Shown in pieces: positions 23,490 through 35,655 of a stretch of DNA of 64,000 bases. A model generated the notes under the pieces. The model was not told the origin of the DNA, searched no databases, and worked only from the letters and a program-made list of their open reading frames with translations. Origin of the DNA: Podospora anserina (Eukaryota); contig CM030338.1 in NCBI GenBank assembly GCA_017654855.1, forward strand, positions 4,092,001 through 4,156,000, given 5' to 3'. How positions within the stretch are numbered: the first letter of the stretch is position 1; the number at the start of each line of letters is the position of its first letter. The position numbers and the translations under genes are program-made.

Positions 23490-24045
23490 TCAGAGGAGGG
23501 CGGCCATGGCCAAGGGGAGAGCGGCACCGACGAGGCCGGCGGCGAGGCCGGCGGCGCCAGAGCCGGGAGTGCTGGTCTCGGCAGGGGCGGCATCGTCGGT
23601 CGTGGTAGGGGTGGCAGCAGGACCAGCGCTGGACGAAGCAGAGTCGGTGGGGAGCTCCAGGGTGCCGCCGCCGATGGTGGTGGTCATGGGAGCAACCTCG
23701 TCGCACATGGAGATGACAGAGGGAAGGACCTCAGCTGCGGAGAGATTGATGGTCAGCAAGCACTCAGAGCCAAACAGGGCGGTAAAACATACCAACAGCA
23801 ACGTCCTGACCGCAGGCAACCATGACGCAGGCAACGCTGGCATCGTAGATGGCACGGTAGTTTTCGAGAATGCAGAAGCACTCGAGCTCGGTGTCGTCCT
23901 TGCAGGTGGTGGCGCTCTTGCGGGCGTCGCTGAGGCACTTGAGCGAGCACTCGGGAACGTAGTCACCGAGGGTGGTGTGGTCGTGACCCTCGTGGGCAAC
24001 AACACCGGTAACGGCGGCAGCGAGGAGAGCGGTGATGTACTTCAT
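23490..24045 (-). CDS. Secreted, probably GPI-anchored CFEM-domain protein (intron 23735-23792)
   Basis: Signal peptide MKYITALLAAAVTGVVA, 8-Cys CFEM spacing, S/T/P-rich stalk, hydrophobic C-terminus. Confidence 0.88.
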
Positions 24046-24345
24046 TTTGGCAGAAGGATGGGTCTCGACGGTTGTTGAGTAGGTAGTAGCTGGTGGGAGG
24101 CAGAGAACAACAAGATCAGGGCGGGCGATCACTTTCCCCCGAGCTCAGCTCTTGCAGAGCTCTTTATAGGGTCACATCGAATGGAGTGGGTAGCCTCGGT
24201 TCCTGGTGGGCGGGTGTGTCTGCAACGGAGGCCCTGCTGGGCGGCGACAAGGGCTGTCCGGTCTCGCATCGCAGTGCAGAGCTTGCGGCGCTATCGCCAA
24301 TAGCCCCGTCGAGGCCGTGCATGCATGGGCCTTGGCAATCAGATG

Positions 24346-24410
24346 ATCAGATAATGGAGATTAGATCGAACCCCTGTCTATCGGCCGTGGCCAATTTCTT
24401 TTCTTCGAAT
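24346..24410. promoter_or_regulatory. SreA-type site and CBC/HapX-type bipartite site in the CFEM/SIT divergent promoter
   Basis: ATCAGATAA at 24346-24354; CCAAT-N12-AAT at 24391-24410 matches CSAATN12RWT. Confidence 0.55.
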
Positions 24411-24774
24411 CGGGATGCAGAATTTGCCGGGGCTCGACCCCTCTCTCGTCCTCGTCCCGGTGAAGGATGGGCTTGGGGGTGGGTGACTGTGGAACCAGGT
24501 TGCCCCATCCGCCCGCCGAGGATCCGGAAATTCTCGCAAGCTAGTTTTGGGAGTGTGTGATTTGGGAGTGTGGGAGTGTGAAAGTATGGGAGTGTGCATG
24601 GCTGCGATTGATGGGTCTGTTTGGGTGGTAGAGAGGTGCAAAAGGGGATTAACTCGTTAATAAAACATCACCCACGTCTCTCGCCTGTTTTGCTGCTTGC
24701 CTTGCTGTGTTCCGTCTTGCCATTCTTGGCATATATCGTTTCTTCCTCTGTCACCACCGTCCACTGCCGCAGCC

Positions 24775-26642
24775 ATGGCCACGGAGAAGCAGCCAGCCAG
24801 CTTGTCGGCGGATGAGGGCGTTGGTCCCGTCGTCGAAGAGAGAGGACACAGCTCTGCCGACCTGGAGAAAGACGCCATCTCCAGTGATGCTCAGGCTGGT
24901 GTTCGAGCTATCGAGGCCGCGCAGCTCGTCTGGCCAAAGTCGCACCTCATTGGAGCCTATGTCTTGTAAGAAGACGGTTGAACAGACAGCTTGAGGATGG
25001 GACGCTAACCGGTGTATTCGACAGCATCTGGCTCATCTACTTTGTCACGTCGCTGCAGGAGGTGTGCGCCCGGGCGTACAGCCCCTTCGTTACCAGCACC
25101 TTCTCTTCCCACAGTCTGACTCCCGTGGTGTACATTGTCTCAAGCATTCTTGGCGGCGTCTCCAAGCTGCCCCTGGCCAAGATTCTTGACATTTGGGGTC
25201 GGCCGCAGGGCATGGCTCTCATGCTCCTCATCTGGACGATTGGCTTCGTCATGATGGCTGCGTGCAAGAATGTTACGCAGTACGCGGCCGCCTATGTGTT
25301 TTCCACCGTTGGGTAAGTTCAGGCATGGTACAAAGTCGAGTTTTACCTGGATCTTGAGAAACTGACCGGCACCGTGACCACCAATAGTGCGCAGGGCATC
25401 AGCTACTGCATCACCGTCTTCGTTTCCGACACGACCAGCTTGAAAAACAGAGGTCTGATGCTCGCCTACGCCACCTCCCCCTACATTGTGACGACCTGGG
25501 CCGGCGGTCCCATCGCCGACAGATTCATCATGAACGGAGGTCCTGGTTGGAGATGGGGCATGGGCATGTGGGCCATCGTCACGCCCGTGATTGTCACCCC
25601 CTTGATTCTCATCTTTATTTACAACCAGCACCGTGCTGAAAAGATGGGTCTCATCCAGCCGCGCCAGTTTGGAAAGATTACCTTTACCCGCGTCAAGGAG
25701 GCTGTGATCCAGATGGATCTCCTCGGCATCTTTATCCTCGGCGTCGGTCTCTCCATGTTCCTTGTTCCCATTGCCATCTACAAGTATCAAGCCGATGAAT
25801 GGCGCTCACCGCTCATCATCTGCCTTCTCATCTTTGGCGGTCTCCTCGTGGCCGGCTTTGTTGCCTATGAGAAGTGGCTCGCCCCCGTCAACTTTGTCCC
25901 TGCCCACCTCCTCCGCCACCCCAACGTTCTCCTGGCCGGCATCATGCTCACCCTCATCTTTGCCAGCGCCATGGTCTGGGGCAACTTCTTCTCGTCCATG
26001 TGCATGGTCGCCTGGAACACCACCGTGACCGAGGCCACGTACATCTCCAACATTTACCGCACCGGCATGTGCTTCGCCTCCATCCCCCTCGGATGGGCCA
26101 TTCGAAAGACTCGTCGCTTCAAGTGGGTTGCCGTCTACTACTCGCTGCCGCTGATGCTCCTCGGCATCGGCCTGATGATTGAGTTCCGCCGCCCCGACGT
26201 CAACATTGGCTACATTGTCATGACGCAAATCTTTGCCTCGTTTGCCGCCGGGCCCTTGGTTGTCGCATCCGAGCTCGCCATGATGAGCCAGGTCACCCAC
26301 AACCAGATGGCTGCCATCCTTGCCATCCTGGACCTCTTTGGTAGTGTAGGCACGGCAGTTGGCTCCACTGTTGCGTCGGCCGTCTGGACCAACGTGTTCC
26401 CCGGGGCCATCCGGGACAGGCTTCCCCAGCTGACCGACATGCAAGTCACCAGCATCTCTGGAAGCATGTACACACAGCTCGGCTACCGCAAAGGCACACC
26501 CATCCGTCTCGGCATCTCATGGGCCTATCACGACGCGCAGCAAGTCTTGTTGATTATTAGCATGGTTATGATCGGCTGCGGCTGGATCTTGACATGGTTC
26601 TGGAAGAACACCAGGTTGTCAGACAAGCAGTCCCAGCACTAG
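24775..26642 (+). CDS. Siderophore-iron transporter (SIT/MirB-like MFS), 3 exons
   Basis: DAQAGVRAIEA...W, FSSHSL, LAKILDIWGR, SDTTSLKNRGL, WRWGMG; typical SIT family. Confidence 0.9.
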
Positions 26643-27196
26643 GGGTCATTGGGTAGATACAGACAGATGCATGTTTCATTGGATAATTTGATACCAATTG
26701 GCCGGGAGGCGAAATAGCTCTCTGCACAGTGAGCAGAGGGTTCAGCATAATAACAAGGTGTTTTTCCAGGCCTGATGGTCTTATGACCTGTTCTGTATTT
26801 TATATTTGTGACTAATTAGGTAACTACCATACTATGTCTTCCATCCCATCACATGGGCTGAAGAAAAATCTATAAAAGGGGTATCAGTTGAGTTGAAAGC
26901 ACGCCTCCGCCTCTTCCTCCCTCTCTTCCTCTTGCCACCGCAGCACCTGGTCTCCGTCGTGGCATCGCCCAAAACGGACACGGGGTATTTGTTGAAAACA
27001 GATTGACTCGCTCGCATCCATAAAAGCATCCCGTCATCTCCTTAGGGTATCCAACCATCATGATCATTAGTATCTATTGAGCCTCAGTTGCACTCACTTG
27101 AAACATTGCACACACACCCAAAACGCCCGGCGACTATACGTTACGTTGAATAAACATGCACACGGAATATCGACTTGGTCTTCAAAGCCGAAGGAC

Positions 27197-28960
27197 TTAG
27201 TCCTTCTTGATGGATGGCTCAGACGCTTGCTGAGGACCAGAAGACAAGCCCGGAACGACACCGCCATCCCGAGACACGGGCTGGACGCCAAGGGACTCGG
27301 TAGGGGGGCCGCGGTAGTTCTTGTGACCCCAGACGGCGTACCACGCAGCCGCGATGGCCACGAAGCCGACCAAGACAGCAGGAGCATAGTTGACCGTCTC
27401 GGGAGTGACAGGAAGCAGGGCAGGCATGCAAAAGAGCGGAAGGGCGAGGGCGGACCAGGCTGCAGAGATGATTAGCATGTGGAAAACCGAGAAGTCAGGT
27501 GCTGCCAAGGGGAAACATACCCAGAGCAATGATGTTGCAGAGCCAGCCAAACTTGCCCAAGAAGAACTTGCCGCCCTTCACCTGGGCTCTGCCCTCGAGC
27601 ATGGACACGGCGATGGGGGCGGCATACGAGAGGGTCAGGGAAATGACACCCACGCCGGAAAAGGCGTTGAACGCTACGGGAGATCCAAAGTAGATGGCAC
27701 CCAGAATGATCTGAATTGCCATGGACAACATCATGGCGTTGAGGGGAACATCCAGCTTGGTGTTGACCACCTTCCACCACTTGGAACCGGGGATGGCACC
27801 GTCGCGAGCAAAGGCCCACGTGCAGCGCGAAGCAGCGGTTGTGCAGGCGGTACCGCAAAGGATACCCAAAACCATGATGGGAACCAGGAGGGCAAAGGCA
27901 CCCCCTTCGGAGCCAACGGCAGACTTGAGGATGGCCGGGACAGGCTGTGCCAACTGCACCATCAACGCCAGGTCGGGAAGAACAAACATGAGCGGTACGA
28001 GGAACAGGAGCCCGCCAATGGTGTTGATGAGGATGGTAATAACCATGGCCTTGGGGACCTGGGTGGCGGGATGCTGGACCTCCTCGCACATGGAGATGAC
28101 CATACCGGTAGACGAGGTGGCATACCCGGCGTGAAGGAGGCCGACCATGAACGACCAGCCGGCAGGCCAGCCGGAGGTGGGCTCAAAGTGGGTGAAGGCG
28201 TATTCGGCGGAGCGGCGGCCTTCCTTGGCAACGGCGAGGACGGTAATGAGGATGGCAAGGATGCCGGCGAAGGTCCAGAACACGGCAAAGGTCTGTAGAA
28301 CAGCAAAGGTTAGCGACAGACAAGCACGACACGGGATGCGAGACTCACATCGAGGAGGGGCAAGTGACGGTTGCCAAAGGCCGAGATGGCATTGCACAGC
28401 AAAGTGATGGCCAAAAAGGTCAGCCAGATCTGGTATGTCTCGGCGCCCCAGATCTCCTCGCCCTCGGAGTTGGTAAAGACATTGACGCAGGCAACATAAA
28501 ACAAGGTGGTTCCGAACTGCACAGCAAGAGTGATGGTGATGTTGCCGACGACATAGCACCAGCCGCAAATGTAGGCGCTGAGCCTGCGAATCTTTGCGGG
28601 CGCAAGCATAAAGGTCTGGTAGTAGACACCTCCGGCGGTGGGATACACGCTTGTGATTTCTCCCAGCGAAGCGGCGACACAGAGAATGATCAGGGAGACG
28701 ATGACCCAGCCCCAAATGACAACGGCCGGGCCGCCGCCTTGGAGCGGATAGTAGAGCGTCGTAGCGAGACCGTAGGGGATCGAGGCGAGCACAAAGGACA
28801 TGAAGGCGACATGCCAAGTGGAACGAGTGCGCACCAACTCGGCCTTGTAGCCCATGGCCTCGAGGAGCCCATCGGCATCGTCAGAGTCGTTGCCGGACGA
28901 CGCCCGTATCTCGGGGGCGGCCACAACGGCGGCGGCGCCGGTGGCGGCTTGTGGGCTCAT
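27197..28960 (-). CDS. Amino-acid/GABA/choline permease (APC superfamily), 3 exons
   Basis: LEAMGYKAEL, GGGPAVVIWGW, EITSVYPTAGGVY, MCEEV, SRCTWAFARDGAIP, NYAP. Confidence 0.9.
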
Positions 28961-30043
28961 TGGCGGGTGGTTTTTGGGGCTCTTGCGGGGCCGGGCCGAG
29001 ATGGGTTCGGGGGTCGGACGGCTAAACAAACAACAGCTGGCGCAAGACGCAGAATTTTGCAGACGGCAGGAGAAACGTGAGCCTTGTCAAACACAAAAAA
29101 AAGAGACGACGAAAGGATCAGGGTGGGATTTAAGCCATGTAGGAAGCTGCATCCTGCCCGAGGTACCCTCTGATTACGTACAGATAAGCTGCTCCCCGGG
29201 GAGCCAAGCACCCGGAGTGGCAGGCACAACCAGGTGAGCCATGTCCCCGGGGAAGCGCTACAGCATGCGCTACTGTTATCTAGGAACAGTGTGGGGTGCC
29301 TAAGGTATCAGGTATTCCAGTGTTTTTTTTTTGTGCTTGCAAAACCAACAGCCAAGCAGTTGGGCTCCCGAGGCTGTGGCAGGTGGCTTCAGCGGTGTCT
29401 CATTCTCCTGTTATTCGTTCCACGGTACTAGGTATCAGACAGTCTCACAGTGTTTTGGAGCCATCTGATTTTCCAGGTCGTTTTTTCTTCAATGGTAGGC
29501 ACGTGAGTCGGTGGCCTGTGCAGCACCTGGCATTGGCCAATGGACATGAACGGTTTTCCGACACAGGGTCGAGCTAAGCATTTTTTGGCGTCATTGGGCA
29601 TGAGAGAGTGGGGGTCCAGCTCTTGTCCCGAACCGCGGCGCTGGAAGTGCTTTCTCAACGTCTCACTGCAGAGTCTTCCACGCCCGTGGAGCTGTCAAGA
29701 ACACGCTGCAGTTTAGACAGATGGTTAGCGTGTCCCTTTTGACAGAGAAACATCACACCATGCCCCGCGATTATCGCAATCCTGGGCTTCAATAGCTTCT
29801 GTTTTTTGCGCCCGAGAAATTCCGGGGTCAAGCCAAGAACCTGGGGATTGGCTTGCTAAATCCTCTCAGGTGGGGAATACCTGTTGGTTGCATGTGAAGA
29901 CCACCTGACAGATAAACAGTATTTGAGCAATTGTTGACATTGCCAGCACACTTGGACATGCTATTCTATACTCTTTTGACCCAGCCATCAGCGGGTATCA
30001 TTATCTCCCGGGAATCATCCTGCAACAGAACAGTATAGTGTGT

Positions 30044-30789
30044 TTACACATGGCCACGGCCAGAGCGTGCAATAGGCTCCCCAACATAGTCGTACACCAT
30101 CTTCACCTTGGCTACTTGGCTCCCTTTCACGGTTACGGCCCACTTGACCAGCCTTTTCTCCCCAGCAATCACCTCGAAGCCCCATTCGACACTCGACCTC
30201 CATCCAGCGCCCTTGCCCAACTGACTCAAACTCTCCATCACCTCGATCATGACGGCCCGTTCCGGTAGGCCGACATCAGGATCCGTCTCCATTCTCGACT
30301 CAAACGCCATCTGTCCGATCTGAGCACCGCTCTTTTCCGTTGTCATTTTCTCCCCTGTTGTGTACGTTGGTGTTCTGTTGACAAAATCATACCGACATCG
30401 TACACGCACCGGCCCTAGTGGCGCGGGAAGAACGACGGCTCGGTCCTCGTTGTCCAAGATGTACATGCTGTCGTTCATGGGAATGTTGAACCTGAAGCCA
30501 CCAAACCAGGGGCGGCGGACGGTCTGTTGAAAGCTAAAGACCACATCGTCGGAGAAGGGTAAGCAATAAGGGTGCTTGATGTATTCCTGCTCAATGGTCA
30601 TGAAGGAGAGGAGCTTCCGAGTCCAGAAAGATGTCCCTTGCTGCTCCATGTTAACAACACGACAAAACGATGCCTCAGGAACGAAAGTCGTACCATCTTG
30701 TATGCCTCCTTCATATTATCAGAGAGCTTTCGGTTGAAGCGCCAGCGGCCACTGATGTCGAGTACTGAAGTCTGACTAGGCGCCGCCAT
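30044..30789 (-). CDS. Conserved fungal hypothetical protein, lipocalin/FABP-like beta-barrel (intron 30641-30693)
   Basis: MAAP...DISGRWRFNRKLSD...QGTSFWTRK N-terminus; EWGFEVIAGEKR and KMVYDY C-terminus. Confidence 0.65.
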
Positions 30790-31649
30790 GGTGTATGTGA
30801 GAGCGTGAGTAGTGGGCATTGGCGATGGCGACAAGTCTTCTGATGAATAGTCTGTCATTTTAACAATTTGTTGTCCTGTGAGAGATTGTTTTCTGAGCAG
30901 TCTAAAAACGTTTTCGGTGGCGGTCAAGTTTGTTTCCGTTCGCGACTGCTTCGTTCCGAGCGATTGTCGCACAGTTTTGTAACAGCGGGTGCCCGCATTC
31001 TATCGAAAGTTGTCCTTCCCCGCGACGCGCCCGCTCAGATAGTTGACTGGAATGTGGTGGTTTGATGCAAGGGGGTTGGCAGGACAGATACTAGAGGCCG
31101 ATGAAACCATCGTATTGATGTGAGACAGTTCATTTTCAAATCTTGAAAACCGAATGCGGGCCACTTCAAGAAACTCGGCAATTGTGTCTCGGCAGAACAT
31201 GTATTAAGCACAATCTTGCAAACATAACACTTAAGGTGTCCAGTCTTGGCGGTGAAAGAGGCCGGTTATGGGATGGTAAGTAGTTGGTAGGGTAATATAT
31301 CGGTTTCATCTCTATCGAGGCCGTGGGCTTGATGGAAACATCATCTGGGCTGGGTTTTACTTGCGGGAGGACTTTCATGACCCTGTTCAGTCTAGCCTGG
31401 ATCAAACCGTTTGATACAGCGATGCATATACATGCCTGGTTAAGAACAAAGCAGTCTATAATCAAATATATGGGGTTGATCAAGCATGGCAAGCTGTAAA
31501 GAGTCTCGAAAAGCCTCCCCTTGTCCAGTCGGTGACACCATTAACCTCACGAGGTCAGCTTCCGGCACCCATCTAAAACTAAACAAATATTTTTCCAGCC
31601 CAAGAAGATGCCCTCAATATTGTTGGCATCATCCACACTCTGCACCTCC

Positions 31650-33894
31650 TTACGCGGGGCTTAGCTTGGCTTCATTCGAAACATCCTCAGACTTCATCCT
31701 CTCTTCGGCCTGGGCAACAGCACTCTCCCAGTCAGCATTGTAGAGGTAGAGGAGCTCGAGTGCCGACACACTGGTTAATACCTTGTCAGTAATGCCATTT
31801 CCTAGTTGTCTTCAATGTCTTCAAAGATCAGCGTCCACTTACACGGCAAGCCCCATAGTCAGTCCTGTCCAAAGCCCGCTCAGCTTCCAATCTAGCGCAA
31901 ACGCCGTCGACAACGAGATGGGCAAGGCGACCAAGTAATACGAAAACAGGTTGGCATAGCCTCCGATGGCCTGTCTGCCAACGCCGCGCAAGATGCCATG
32001 AGACACAGCAGCCAAGGCATCAAAAATCTGCATTAAAGCACAGACAAGAATTACGCGCTTGGCGATGCCGACAACCTCGTCATCTTCCGTGAAGATGCGT
32101 GGAATGGTCTCGTTCAGCACAACGAATACGGTCAGGTTGAAGCAACCAACAATGAATCCTGCGACAATGGCCTTTACAAAGGTTTAGCAAAAAAAACTTG
32201 TACCAATCAGAAAGGATGACATACCACTCTGGCAGTAACCCGGGCAGCGTCGCTTAGGTGCGCCCCGATGAGATTGGCGACTCGAGTGGATGTGGCAATG
32301 GCCAACGGGAATGGAATGTTGAATGAGGTGGAGGTGACGGTGACAAGCACGCTCTGTGCTGCAAGTTGCGCGGTCCCAAATTGGCCAGCGGCGATTGTCA
32401 AGATTTCCAGCACGGAGAACTGTGCTTCAATCATGATCATACCAGGTAGCGCCAGTTTGATCATGGGTCCTATTTTAAATGTCAGCGCCTCAAAAGGGGC
32501 AGAAAAGCAGAAACAGGTACGCACCCCAGTTACTAAAGGCCTTGCGCGTCAAACCGTTCCAGCACTGAGAGCCATCCAAAAACCGCACGTATGCCACCAA
32601 CAAGAGCGGCAAGAGATTCTGGGTAATGGCCATCGCTGTGGCGGCCCCCGCAAAGTGCCAGTCAAACTTGAAGACAAACAAGTAATTGAGAGCGAAGCTC
32701 ACGGGCGCCCCGATGAGCAAGGCATACGTCGTGGCATGAAATAAGCCCTGGGACTGGACGAATCTTTTACCGCTCTCCAAGGCTGCGACTCCGGGCATTC
32801 CTACGATAAGAACTCGCAAAAAGAGCGCGGCAAGCGAGGCCGTTTCCTGATCTGGGACCATGGCGGACAAAATAGGCTCCGAAAACCACCACAGCACAGC
32901 AATGGGCACCATGAGGATCCAGAGAAGCCACGTCATCCGTTGGGCTTGGAGGCCGACGAGATGCTTGTGCCCCGAGCCGTACGCCTGGGCGCAAAGCGTG
33001 TCTAGACAGGTGGAGAGGCCCTGAACAGGAACGTAGCAGGTGATGCTTGCCGTCATGGTAGCCACTGGAAAGAGGTGACTGTTAGTAATCTGGCAATTGC
33101 TGTGATGCATGAATGGAGCACTCACGATTCACGGCGGCCAGCTCCACCATTCCCAAGCGTCCCACCGTCAAGACACTCCCAATAGTGACCGAGTAGTGCA
33201 AGAGAAAGGTCACAATCAGGGGAGCTGCGTACTGGACCAATGTCTTGGTCTCTCTCTGCCAAGTCGTCTTGATGGCTTGGGCTGCCACAGCCTCTTCGAA
33301 CCGCTCGTAAATCTCCTCGGCGGGAGGTGTCGGCAGGGTCTCGTCGACCTCGGGTGTTCCTCCTCCGAGGAGAGGTGTTGTCTCAGCGGCGGGGGCATCC
33401 TGGAAAATGGGCTCCGGGTCTTCGTGGTCCTTGATCTTGGTGCTGAAAAGTCGTCGATAAAGGCGCCAAAAGACATTGTTGCGCTGAGAACGTGGATGTT
33501 TTGGTGGCAGAATAGCATTATCGCGTAGGAGACTTATCTCTGCCTGGAGAGAATCTTCGACCTCGCGCGGATTGGGAACGGGCCGGTCCAATCCTTGAAT
33601 AGCTATAGTCGAGTAGCCAGACCCGTAGGCAACGCCGTTGGGGTGGAAGGCGAGTTTGGCATCTTTTGGACGACCATCTGTCTGTGATTCGGCGTCTGAT
33701 ACCTGGGTTTGGGAGTCGTCGTCCGAGGAGCACTCGGCAATATCTCTGGTCAAGATTTCGCGAACAATCGGGGAAGTCGCTAGAAATGAAGGGGGGTATG
33801 GCAGGCTTTCGGGGATGAACTCTGACAAAACAGACTGGCGGCGACCTTGAGATCGGCTGTGGATAGGCTGGGGCCCAGATCGAGAGTCGGCCAT
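31650..33894 (-). CDS. MATE family efflux transporter (ERC1-like), multi-exon
   Basis: VGRLGMVELAA, GLSTCLDTLCAQAYG, STRVANLIG, QIFD...GILRGVGRQ. Confidence 0.92.
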
Positions 33895-34618
33895 CTTGAC
33901 GTTGCGATGGTTTGTCGAAGGATTCTGTCGTGGTTAGGTTGATTTGGAAACACTCAGACTCTGGACGACTCTCGGTCTCGAAAAAGCTTGGAGACAAGGG
34001 CCCGGAAAACCGTGGAAGGTACGATGGTTGGGTGAAAGCGGACTAAGAAGAAGGTCCCACGGATGGTTGCGCGCAGGCAGTCACTGCTCTATGACATGCA
34101 CTGTGGCACAAAGGCAAGTCGTGGTAGGTCTTGCTCTCTACGATCGACGATGCTCTGCCATCCCAAGGCTGTGGTCCCTTCTTATCTTGATCTGCAAGCA
34201 TTTCGTTTGAGATAACGAAGGCCATGGAACCCAACAGCAGCCACACACCAACACCATCCTGCAAATTAGCGGTGTATGACATTGACATCTATCTGCACTG
34301 GCTTACCTTTTGTGTGTATGATAAAAGTAAGATGATACAACCATGGTGTGCAGATGCCAAGAAGCAATGGCACTTCGCCTCCGATCGTCCTCCTCCCCAA
34401 GGGTTCAGTGACGCAGCTTGGTTTGCAGCTTCCTGCAACTCTCTTGCAGCTCCCCACCACCCACATGTGTAACGGCGGCCACTGACATCATCGCTGCCAC
34501 CCTTGGACCAACGAAGGAGCCTCGCCGACCCCCCACCCTGCCATGGAGAAAAAGCCCGAGGACCATCTGGCAACATTGTGAAACCTCAACTCTAAAATCC
34601 GCAGCGATTCGAATACCC

Positions 34619-35308
34619 TCAAACTCTTGCAACGGCCCCCAGTGCAATCAGAAACTGCCCACCATAGTACAAGACCCAAACAGCATGATGCATCCAGCCC
34701 TGGTGTGCAGATGTCGCCGGAACCAAGAACCTGCCCGCCGCCAGAATCGAGTCTGAGCTTGCAAACATGACCGCTCCGGTGACAATCTCTTTGCTCTCCA
34801 ACGTGAGCGCCATCAAAACCATGACAAGAATTGTCAACGAGTACACGGCAACTGGCGCTCGCAGGTCTTTGCCGACCTTGGGCATCAGCTGCACAATCAT
34901 AACGGGAACCAACATACCCAAAGCCCCCGCAGTTCCAAGACGCCATGTATCGCCGTTTTGCAGCACTTGGAGTTTGGAAACGATATCCCCCGCACCTGGA
35001 CCGGCGTGGAGAAAGTGAATGATGTACAAGATGTGCGCAACCAGGAAGCTCGACAGACCGAACAGAAAAGATGTATCATCGTTCCATGCCAGAAAAGCGT
35101 CACCTGTTGAGCCCAGGGCCAAAGCACCCACCAACAGAGCTGGTCCACCGCGAAGGTAGGTGAAGATCGATAGGAGGGCTGTCGAAGCTGTCTTGATGAC
35201 CATGCGCGAAAAGCTCGGCGCTGCGCGGACCATGGCCTGGTAGATAACTGCCGAGCCAATGGAGGCAGCGAGAACAGCCGAGTCTACCGTGTAAGAATTG
35301 GTGGCCAT
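34619..35308 (-). CDS. YhhN/TMEM86 family membrane protein (lysoplasmalogenase-like)
   Basis: GDAFLAW, FLFGLSSFLVAH, FASSDSILA, YYGGQ motifs. Confidence 0.88.
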   Translation of the reverse strand: MATNSYTVDSAVLAASIGSAVIYQAMVRAAPSFSRMVIKTASTALLSIFTYLRGGPALLVGALALGSTGDAFLAWNDDTSFLFGLSSFLVAHILYIIHFLHAGPGAGDIVSKLQVLQNGDTWRLGTAGALGMLVPVMIVQLMPKVGKDLRAPVAVYSLTILVMVLMALTLESKEIVTGAVMFASSDSILAAGRFLVPATSAHQGWMHHAVWVLYYGGQFLIALGAVARV

Positions 35309-35655
35309 GGTTGAGTTTGGGGTTTTTGAAGATGAGAAATAAAGTGAAGTGTGGTTTGGTTGTTCTCGCGAGCTTCGTCCTTTCAGTTCTGACGGTGGAC
35401 ACCGAGGTCCCGGCCACACTTGGCATTCCATGTGACTGACGTCTTGGCAACACCCTTGATAGTCTTAGCAGAATTGAGCTCGATAGGTACTACGCTTGTT
35501 CTAGCAATCGGACGTTTGAAATGAGCAAACTTCTCATACACGCTCATAAATGCAAGAAACCCCAAGAAACGGGATGAAAAGCCCTGTTTGTATGTGGAAA
35601 TGTGACAGCACGAGCCATCATGTACCCTCTTCGAACAGAGCTGTGCTACTTTTTA

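Noticed and set aside
27390-29080. Long plus-strand ORFs (302 aa, 238 aa)
   Set aside because: Antisense shadows of the GC-rich permease gene. The same applies to 1146-1751, 23203-24078 and 25806-26444 opposite their respective genes.
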